Shown piece after piece: positions 26,247 through 36,294 of a DNA stretch of 64,000 bases; within the stretch, counting starts at the first letter, position 1; each line of letters opens with the position of its first letter. The notes below the pieces were generated by a model that saw only the letters and a program-made list of their open reading frames with translations, did not search any database and was not told where the DNA came from. The translations under genes were made by a program, and so were the position numbers. Source of the stretch: Vicugna vicugna (lineage: Eukaryota); assembly GCA_013265495.1 (NCBI GenBank), contig MU058687.1, forward strand, positions 4,090,093-4,154,092, written 5' to 3'.

Positions 26247-29200
26247 TAAAAATAATGAAACTTACAGAATGTACTTGTAATCAAGAAGTGGGCTGAAGAG
26301 AGAACTCTGGGACTTTCAACGGGCAGAGATCTTAAAGAAGAGTAACTAACAAAGGAAACTGAGAGAGAGAGATTGTAATGGTAGGTAGAGACACAAGAGA
26401 GCATGGAATCTTAAAAGACCCTGAGAAGTAAGTCTTTGAAGAAGAATGCTGAGAGGTCAAGGGAAATGAGAATTAATCATTGATTCTGACAGTCTGTTGG
26501 TCACCCAGTGACGTGGCCTGGACAAGAGACTAATTTCAAGTGGAGAGTGAGGGGAGAATAGTGAGCGTGAAATTGATGCAGGTCGGTACAGACAACTTTT
26601 GGAAGAGTTTTTCTGTAGTCAGAGCAGTCAAGTGGGGTCTGTAGTGAGGAGGGACATGGCATTAAGAAGATAGGAAGTTAGGAGAGGGAACAGATTTGTG
26701 GGCAGGATGATGATTTTGTCTTTGGAAATTCTTTGACTTAAAAGAAGAGCCCCCAAATGAAAAACACTCAGATGTTACTTGGAAATATGAATCTGAACTT
26801 AAAGACTCAGAGCTGGTATAAATATTTAGGAGCCTTCTGCATAGAGAGGAGTTGGAGCTGGGAATGTAGATGAGCTCTGATCGAAAAAAGTGTAGAGAAA
26901 AAAGAGATCAAGGTCGAGCCTTAGGGAACAAACATTAATAAAATCAGGAGAAGAAAAAGTGGCTGGTTAAGAAATGGGAGAAAACAGGTTGAGTAGATTA
27001 TGTGTCATAGAAATCAAAGGAAGGGAATTTCAATACCTTTTCAAGAGCTTTTTCTTCAAGTTCTATGTTCACATAAGTACGTAGTCCACATTCAATACTT
27101 TTATGCCAAATTTGCGGGAGACACTATTGCAGTTGGTTAAATATATAACCTAAGAAACGTAGAACAATTAGGATAATGGGTTTTTTAAATCTCAAATATA
27201 GGGGATTGATGCTCTTGACTTTTCTTTTTCTTGTTTTGAAAAAGCTGACTTAAAATAAAGGTACTGTTAGTGCCATACTCATCACTGTATTTTTCCTCCT
27301 GTCCTATTTCTCTTCCTCCTTCATCTTCATCATCATTAGTGGTCACCATCCTTCATTACCACAATAATTATCATCACCATTAGACCTCCTTAGAGTAATT
27401 CGTTTGGTATTTTTAAGTTTGGCTAGAACTTCTGAGAGGCGTGCATTTTGGAGTGGCAGGGTGTATTGACAGTGCTTTTCGATTTTATGTTGAGTACTTA
27501 TTGAGGACTTACTTCAAAGACAAACATGATTCCTGCCCTAAGTTCTTTCAGTTCAATTTCCTAGGAAAGACAACAGAGAATCAGGAAGGAAAAGGTGTGT
27601 TCAGAGGGAGTACAAGAGATTAGGCTACAAATATATGGTGTCACTGGAATACTCAGGAAAAGTTTTTTTTTCTCTGTTCAGGTGAGGTGGCTATAAGACG
27701 CATATGTAGATAAATAGTCCTGGAATGTATACAGGGTGAAGTGGTGACTACATATCTTAATATCAAATGGAACAGAAGTGAGCTGTCTCCTTCAGGCTAG
27801 GAATAATGTGGTATTATGACATGCCTTCTGTGGAGTATAATTTGGCTCGCCTTCAGTTCTGGTGTTCTGTAGTATTTCTTCATTCAACCCTCCCACCCTC
27901 TGTTTCTCTCCCCTTCCCTCTTTTCCTTCTTTCTCCCCCCTTCCTTCCTCCCTTCTTCGTTCTTCCCCAGAACTTCTGACTCCTCCTACTGAATCCGTTC
28001 TATCAGTGACTTCACATCTACCTAGTTGACCAAGCCAGAGACCTAAGTCATTACTGTTTCCCCTTCTTCCCTTAAACTCTCCTCCAGGACCCATCTGTCC
28101 CTAAGGCATGCTGTCTAGACACATCTCTGTCTTCCCCACTGCCACTGTCTTAGTACAGTTGTTTATTCTCTTCTGGATTATTATCATGTTATGGACCACA
28201 GACCAAATGTAGAACAGCAGTATGAAGAATAGACTGAAGGGGGAGACACTGGAATTGGAATCTAGACTCATTAGGAAGCTGTATCATACTAACCCATGTG
28301 GGACTTAGTCCAGACTCCATTTCTCCAATGCAAAATTGACCACTCTGCCTTGAGAATCTGCTGTCTCCCATACATTTTCCTCTTCTAACGTCACTGTACA
28401 TAGATGTTCACGTGTGTAACACCTCTACTAAAAGGTAAGTTCCTTAAGGTCAGGGATCATACCATTTGTTACAGAGCCTAACATTAATAAGTTCTCTATG
28501 GTTGTTTAGTGGATGATTAAAGAAAATGGAGGCCTAAATAGGACCAGTGGCAGCAGGAATGGAATAGAGAAACTGAATGTGAGAAAGACTTGTGGGATAT
28601 GGAGCCAAATGGACTTGGTAACAGGTTAATACTAGGAGCAATGAGGAGCGAAGAGTCAGATATAACTTAAAAAATGTGAACTTGGGTGACCATTCACAGA
28701 AATGAAGAAGTTAGGAGGAGGAATTGATGAGTTTGCTTTTAAGCAGGTTGATTCTATGGTTCTTTGTAGAATTTTAATTTTAGATAGATGATTGTTCCAT
28801 CAGACAATTCAGATTTAGGGGCTGGGGCTTTGGAAAATGTTTGGCCCAGAGATATAGATGTGTGAGTGGGTGATATCAGCAATTGAAGTGGAGTAGTGAG
28901 AAAGGAGTGAATCCATCAGATGCCTGGGGAAAGCCTCTTTTTAAGCAATTTGGAAAAGTTGCTGATGACAGAGGCAGAAAGTGAGTCATCAAACTTAGAA
29001 AAAAGAATTTTGAGGAGGGAATTATAGACAAAAAAAATAGTCAGCTATTTCACAGATATTGAGGGTTCTGAGGACTGAGGCCTATTGAAATTTAGTTAAT
29101 AGGACATTAATAATCTTATTTCAGAATTACTTACTCTAATAATAATACTCATTATTGTAAGTTAAATATGTTTTATCTTAGAAAGCCAGTGACACAGTAT

Positions 29201-30429
29201 TTTGAATGCTGCAGAGATGGGGTAGTAAAAACTCTTTCCTCTTTCATCTGTGGTTAAATAAAACACCTTTTATTGGTTTTTCTTGGAACTGTATCCTCTA
29301 GCCACACAGTCAGGTGGACTCCAGCGATAGAAGCCAAAGAGATAAAAGCTAAGCGTCTTGATTTATCATGTCGCCACTTTTGGCTCTCTTTGCTCGTTAT
29401 AAGATGTTAAGCGATAAATGTAGGGTTATTGATAGAGTCAAGTTGATGCCTTGCCTTTTCTTTGCCCTGGATCAAGGGACCCTTGATCTCGTCCCCTTTC
29501 TGTACTATCGTAGTTTGAATAAGAATTAGAGAGCCTCAGGTAGACCCTAACAATCTGTCAGGTGCCATGGGCCATGGTGTCAGCATTTTCCTCAGGGCAG
29601 CCTGTGCGGGGGCCAGGGAGAAAGATGCCATTATCCACAAGTCTCCTCAAATCTTTGGACTGTGGTAAATACAGAAGACACTTTCTAGTCAAAATCATGT
29701 TGGGCAGGAAAATAAACATTTTCTACCTTTGTGATGAAAGAAAACATAAACAAGGGCCTGGCTAGTTAAATGACCCATTAGAAAAGGGGAAAATAGTGAC
29801 CATGCAGGGCCAGTGCTATGAAAGCTCCAAGAAAGGTCCTTGGGTAAACTCTGGAACCATACATTTAATTTTGTACTACTTGCTTTGTTTATAGGTTACT
29901 GTCCTTTTTTTTTTCAGTGTCAACACCTCCTTAGGAAGCATTTAAGGTACTATCTGATAGTGGTTACTTCCATGCCAGTCCAAAAATAAACTCTAAAGAT
30001 CAAGGAGTCAGAGATAAAAGTGGGTTGGTTTTCCCAAAGTCTTTAGTTTTCTCTCAGGGTATCTGTTAGACCTTTGATAAGAGGAATGTCCCCCAAACGC
30101 CATGTATTCCCCAGGATCCTTGCCTATTTTTTTGTTTCCTTGATCATTCCAGTTTGGCTTGATTAAGATGGCACCAAGCTTTCCAGCTGTTGGTTTGGAT
30201 TTCAAGAAAATTGGTAAATGAAGTGACTGCTGATTCAGATATGCAGCAATATACAAGTCTTTCTTGAGGTTTTGTGATCATAGGGGTCCCTAGATGGGGA
30301 TGATTTCCTGAGAAATAGTAATAGCATTGTGGTTGAGTAAAGGTTATTTCTAAATTGTTTTGTCCAAAGTAATTGGAATACATGAGCCAATCACACAGTC
30401 CCATGGTTTTGACAATACATTGGGGAAGT

Positions 30430-30620
30430 TAGATGGACTTGAATTCAGATCCTAGCCCTGCCACTTGGAAGCTTTGTGAACCTGTGCAAGTCATTTGACT
30501 TCTCCAAATCTCAGTTTTCTCATCTATGAAATGGGATATTGATGCTACCACATAGAATTATTGTGATAATTACAGGGAATTCTAAATATAAAGCATTTAT
30601 CACCGTTCTTGGCACTTAGT
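30430..30620. mobile_element. MIR SINE
   Basis: Contains gcaagtcatttgacttctcc...ctcagttttctcatctatgaaatggg. Confidence 0.75.
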
Positions 30621-32279
30621 ATATATCTTTCATTGTCAGTGCTAGATGGAGAATTGGATGCCTCAGTAACCTGGCTGGTACATCATTCCCATGACCTCCA
30701 AGTCATCAAGCCCTTTCAGCTTTATCTCCGAAATTTTTCTAGAATTTCCCCCTCCTTTTGCATTTTCACCGTCACTGCTTTAGACCTGGACATTACTTTC
30801 TCTTATTTAGATTTTTCTAAAATGCCCTATACATAGTTGCCATATCATCTCTCATAAAACTTGTTTTTGGCTATGTTTCTCCTGCTCTGGATCCTCAGTG
30901 CACAGCTTCATGTTCAAGACCGTGATTTGACATGAGCATATTTTATCAGCTTAATCATCTCTTTTTCATTTTCTTTATGCATTTCTCTTCTCCAGCACAC
31001 ATATTACCACCAAACCAATCATAATTCTATTCATTGTACTTTTTATACTTTTGGTTTTATATATGTCATGTTGCTATAGATTTTCAAGTTGTTTCTCTAC
31101 TTTTTCTCTTGCTTCCTTTCAATTCATTTCATGTGGCCACCAGATTAATCTTTCATACAATGTCAGCCTGACTCCATCACTCTCCTACCTGAGTGGTTCC
31201 CCACTGCCTTTAGGACCAAGTTAAAACTTGTCAGCTGAATGCAGGACGTCTTCTGGGGTCTTATCCAGTGTCCTTCTTTATCATCTTCTCTACCAGAGCC
31301 TCCATCACTCCACCTACTTTATGTAATTCAGCCACACTGATCACGCTCCACTCTGCAAATATGCCAAGATTTCTCACCCCTGTCTTTCCCCCACGTTGTC
31401 TCTTACTTTTCCCTTTCTCCTGGCCAATGCCTATCATTTACCAAGCCTTCCCTTAGCACTCTGCCTGTTGGAGAGCATTTTGTGATTGACCCTTCTTCCA
31501 ACTCATAGGTTGAACTAGGGCTCATCTGTGCTTTCTTGGTAAGTAGGAATACTTTTTAAAAACCTCTGCCATGCAAATTGCCAACTTTTCTGACTGTCTC
31601 CCTTTCTAAGAGGATTTCTTTGCTATATCTTTTTCATCTTTGTACTTCCACAGAGCATGATACTGACTGAATAGATAATGAGCATATGAATAAATGTGTA
31701 TATATCTGGTTCCTTTAATAGAATAAAATCTTTGAGAAGACAGCCAATGTCTCTTTCTTCTTTGTATCTCCCACATTTCCTGGCATGGTGCTTTGTATAT
31801 AGTAGTTGCTCAATAAATGCTTAGTGACTGAATAACAATATACATGGCTGTCTTCCCCAGAATATGCTATGTTCTTCAAGGAAGAGATTGTGGTGTAAGA
31901 ATTAGGTAGCTTCCAGCATGATGAGTTATACATAATTCATGCTTTGTTTAATTCTTGTATTTAATTTTTGCTTTGATTTGAACTCCAGCTATGAGGGTTA
32001 TGAGAGTCAGGCAGCTTCTCTGTATTATATAAGCACATACTTGATAAAGCTATGGGATAAAAAACCTGGTAGTTACATATAACTGGTAATTTAAACTTCA
32101 GAGGCAGTGCATCGTAGGATTGGATTGCCAGGGATGATCAGCCTGGACAATTTTCCATTTTTATTTGGTTCTTCCTCCCGAAACCTGAGAAATTTGTGTA
32201 TGGCCAGCCTCAAAGCAAGGAAGCCTTGCCCTGGGGGGGTTATTGTCTTACAGGGACTGGGGATTGAGCAGAGGGAGAG

Positions 32280-32756
32280 TGTATTAATTTACTTCAGCTA
32301 CTGTAACACAGTATCACAAGCTTGGTGTCTTAAAACAGCAGTAGAAATTTATTCTTTTGTAGTTCTGGAGGTCAGAAGTCCAAAATCAGTTTCTGGTTTC
32401 ACCAGGCAGAAATCAAGATGTCAGCAAGGCCACACTCCTCCTGGAAGCTGTAGGGGAGAATCTCTTGCTTGCTTCCTGCAGTTTCTGGTAGTTGCTGGAA
32501 TTCCTGACTTGTGGGTGCATCTGTCCGATCCTGCCACCGCCTTCACATTGTCTTCTCTCTGTGTGTTGAATCTGTCTCTGCTTCGCTCTTATAAGGATAC
32601 AGGTGACTCCATTTAGGGCCCATCTGGATAATGCAGGATAACCTCATCTCAAGAGCCTTAATCACATTTGCAAAGATTCTTTTCAATAAGATACTATTTC
32701 ACAGGTTTTAGCAGTTAGGCCCTGATCTCTTTGGGGAAATGTATTCAGCCTTCTGA
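32280..32756 (-). mobile_element. MaLR solo LTR (MLT1B/C-like)
   Basis: Contains tgtattaattt...gttctggaggtcagaagtccaaaatc...cttataaggatac...ttaatcacatttgcaaag...attcagcc. Confidence 0.82.
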
Positions 32757-33964
32757 AGAGGCAGGTGTTTTCCCCCTTTGTAGACGTAAAGTTCTATTCT
32801 TCTAGGAGTTTGATTTGCCTACAGACATACCTCATCAGTAAACAGCTTCCAAACTGATGGCTCATTGAAAAGAAGCCAGGGGCTACAGTCAGGAAGGGGC
32901 TAATTTAGGTCAGTCTAATGTCACTGGACAGGTGGCGATGATAACATTGCCAATTCTCATGAAATTAAACAATTGATACTTAGGTATACTGAGGAGGTGA
33001 GGAAGTGTAGGAGAGCTGGTTGGGGTTCTGGGCTGGGCAGCGGTGGAAGCCGCTTCCTGTTATCTGGCCCTGTTTGGGGTGGATTGTGGTCTAATTCTGG
33101 AGGGACAGGTGTGCTCAGCTGGCCTGGCTCTCACTCTTCTGTGTCCAGCGGTTGCTCTTGCCATCTTTTTCATCAGGAGGGTCACAAAGGATGTAGGTGG
33201 TCAATGGGAGGGGAATTTAGGTGGGATCAAGAGAGAGGAACTCAGAAGTGGGCCCCTTGTGCAAGGTCAGAGCAGGGCCTTCATCAGTCTTTGAATTTGA
33301 GGAGACCTTCAGCAGTGAGTTTGCGAAGCAGACACTTCCTGGCTCCTCTGTACCTCCTTTACCTCTGTCTCATATAGCCTGAGGAGGGCATGGGCCCCAG
33401 GAGGGATCTCCGTGAGGCTGTGACTGGGGCCCTGAACATGCGTCATTCGGTGTGCCTGCCTGACTGTAACCTGCGAGCCTCAGGCACAGGCAACAGAAAC
33501 TCCTGTTTCTAGTGGGTCTCCTATAGGCCAGCTGGCCGATGAAGCTAGATTATGGGAGGGATCTTACAGAAACATTGTTTTCTCACGTTGAGTAGCAGCA
33601 GGATGATAATAGTTATTGAGTGCACGGGTTCTCAACCCAGACTGATCTGCATTTAATTCTGGCTCCACTGTGTAATAGCTGTGTGACCTTAGACAGGTAT
33701 TAAAATATCTGATTTTCAGCTCCTCTTCTGTAAAGTGAAGGTAATAGTAACCAATACTTACAATGTGCCAAGAACTGTTTTAAACCCCTTACACGTACTT
33801 AGTCTTCTAATCCTCACAGCAACCCTGTGAGGTAGGTGTATTATTATTATCTCTCTTCAAAGATGAGGAAGGAGGTTCAACGACCTGTTCAGGTTACACA
33901 GTAACAAGCAAAGCAAGGGTCTGAACCCAGGTGGTTTGATTTCAGCACATGTCTCTTACCTCTG

Positions 33965-34386
33965 TGTGTGGTCAGGCCATTCAGGGTGGCTGTTCTCTTG
34001 TTCTTTGTACATCCCCCTGCTCGACCAGTTGCCTGCTTCCCTCACATGAGTATCCAATCCAATCTTAATTATAGGGCTTAATCAGGCAGCTTGCTCCCCC
34101 CCGCCCTCCCAGCCACTGGTTTCCCTGGTAACTGATGCGCCAACGTGACGTCCGTTCCCCCTATAAATGGTAGCCTCCTTCCCCGCGCAGTAGCGAGGAT
34201 TGCTGCCATGTTGTCTGCTCTCTGGCCTACACACTGGGTGCATTGCTCCAGGACGTTTTGCTGCAGACGTGTAAGGTCCCCTGTCGAGTAAATGTTGATG
34301 CCTCTGTCACTGTCTCCTGGCTCGCTCTTTGGTTTTGAGGCTGGGCCGCTACAAGGCTTGCAGGCCTGCGGGGTACAGCCCAAGCA
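33965..34386 (+). repeat. 5' LTR
   Basis: Runs tgtgtggtcagg...cccaagca, with GC box ~34100, TGACGT 34146-34151, TATAAA 34162-34167 and AGTAAA 34287-34292. It aligns end to end with 35869-36294. Confidence 0.9.
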
Positions 34387-34387
34387 T

Positions 34388-34405
34388 TGAAGAGCCAGCC
34401 AGGAG
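34388..34405 (+). other. Primer-binding site, tRNA-Arg(ACG) type
   Basis: TGAAGAGCCAGCCAGGAG is 16/18 identical to TGGCGAGCCAGCCAGGAG, the complement of the tRNA-Arg(ACG) 3' end as recalled. It lies one base past the LTR end. Confidence 0.85.
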
Positions 34406-35868
34406 GCCGAGGAAACACCTGTGAGTACCAAAATGTTAGGAAGTAAGGACGGGGACGGAAGGTTGCAGGGTTAATCCCGGGTGGCTGTCCTTTAGCATGT
34501 GGGGCCCTGTGGCAGCTGCCTACCAGGAGAGGTGCCTTTCTCCTCCATTGTGTTGATGATATCCTGTTAACCAGTTTAAAACTAGCAACCTCGTGTTACT
34601 GGTTCCTCTGTACAGGAATGATTGGTGGATGTGGACAAAATGCAAGGACCTGGATTACCTGTCAGACACTTGGGGGTTATCTGGTTGGGTCATACAGGCG
34701 TATCCCTGACCCACCACCCCTAAACAATTATTGTCACGGGTTTTAGGGTACTAACTAAGGGACAGGCTTGTGAATTGGATGTGGCCAGTTACCTGGAAGG
34801 CTTTGGTTGGGGCCTGTGGCAACGGCAAAATGAGTACCCTTGAGCTTCTGGTCCCAGCTATGGAGAGGGGAAAGTAGCAATATAATGTGATGGAGCGGCA
34901 GCTATGTGCCATCTACAGTGTGTTACAGCAGGTGGAAGGCCTTACAGAAGCCTACCCGAGTCGTAGAGCAAGCGAAAAACCACTATCGGGTCTAGAACAG
35001 CTGTGTGTGATATACAGGCCCTGTGCACATCAAATAGATAGCAGCTGAGGAATCTACTTTACTGGCTATGAAGTTCAGGAATGAGCTGATAAAAAAGACA
35101 TACACTAGCATTTCCACCCCACAACCCCACTACTGCCGGGATAATTGGAAGGAGGAATGGACTGCTTTAACTGAGACAGAAACCCCCCTCTCTCAACATG
35201 TGGACCAGCCCTACAAACTATCACTGAACATCCCAGGAGCAATTATCCCAGTGCCTTCACCACGTTAACCCAGAGGCAACTACTGTTAACCACTGAAGGA
35301 CCATTGCTAACTATTGATCAGGACAGTAACTCACTTTTGCCGTTGCCACAGGGTCTGCCTTGGGAAACACATTATCGAATGGCCCTGGCGTGGGCAGGTG
35401 AAGTCCCTGGTGGCTTGGGTTTGCTGCTCCACGGGATATAAGACTAGAAAGGAGATTACAGATTTAACCTGTCTTCTACATGGCCCCAGCTAGGACTACT
35501 AAAGTGATTAATCCGGGCCCCCTACGGGAAAGGCACCATTATATTAACCTGTGTTCTGTTGTTAACCACCTCTCCAGGATATGGCGCTGGCTGTGGGGAC
35601 TAAGAGTGCAGGTCAGGACAGAAATCACAGGCAGGGTAGTGTTATCGCAGAATGCTGATACTGCTTGTATTTTGCTCAGTGGTCATGATCCCCCCTGTAT
35701 TGTACCTGTTAGACCTCTCACATTTCATCCCTAGTCTGAGCTGCTGGTGTCTGTGTTGTGTGTGTGGTATTTAGTTGCAGTGCACCTCTACAGACCTGAC
35801 CCCAGGGATACTGAGGAAGAGGGGCAGATCAAAATTTTAAGGGTCATGCAGGGTATATAGGGATGGAG

Positions 35869-36294
35869 TGAATGGTCAGGTTACTCAAGATGGCCAGTCT
35901 TGCTTTTTGTATATCCTTTGCTCAACTAGTCCCTGCTTCACTCACATGACTACTCAATCCTCTTAATTATGGGGCTTAATCAGTAACTGCCTGCGTGCTT
36001 GCACCTCCCCCACCCTGCCCCAGCCACTGGTTTCCCTGGTAACTGATGAGCCAACCTGACATCAATTCCCCCTGTAAATGGTAGCCTCCTTCCCCACTGA
36101 TTGTTGAAGTTTGCTGCCATGTTCTACCTGTTTGCTGTAAGCAGTGAGGTGTCGCTCTAGGATGTTTTGCTGCAGACATGTAAGATCCCCTGTCCAGTAG
36201 ACCACTAATGTCTCTGTCACTGTCTTCAGGATCTTTCTTTGTCCAGAGGCTGGGCAACTACAGTGCTCACAGGCCTGTGGGGGGCGCCCCAACA
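35869..36294 (+). repeat. 3' LTR
   Basis: Runs tgaatggtcagg...ccccaaca. It shares blocks such as cccagccactggtttccctggtaactgatg and taaatggtagcctccttcccc with the 5' LTR. Confidence 0.9.

Larger units (their letters stand above)
24900..26640 (-). mobile_element. L2 fragment interrupted by an MLT1 LTR
   Basis: Contains gaaatttggattttattctg...gccactggga...tttagcaggga and ggagatggagtcagtagggttt. It resumes after ~25980. Confidence 0.6.
33965..36294 (+). mobile_element. Internally deleted class III (HERV-S/ERV-L-related) endogenous retrovirus with both LTRs, inserted in MIR sequence
   Basis: Two ~420-bp direct repeats with TG...CA ends, a PBS at 34388-34405, and a purine-rich tract ending gggatggag just before 35869. 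Decayed pol motifs: LLHCVDDILLTS, KMQGPGLPVRHLGVIWLG, ELDVASYLEGFGWGLWQ, FWSQLWRG, MERQLCAIY, and integrase-like HNPTTAGIIGRRNGLL. Confidence 0.9.

Noticed and set aside
27890..27975. Polypyrimidine tract as a triplex or regulatory element
   Set aside because: Low-complexity and lacking clear mirror symmetry. It lies in L2-like sequence.
32107..32616. 169-aa ORF
   Set aside because: It mostly overlaps an MLT1 LTR and has no recognisable protein features.
34208..34420. In-frame N-terminal peptide from the LTR fused to NRXN3
   Set aside because: ATG 34208 is in frame with the donor, but there are stops at 34289-34291 and 34388-34390.
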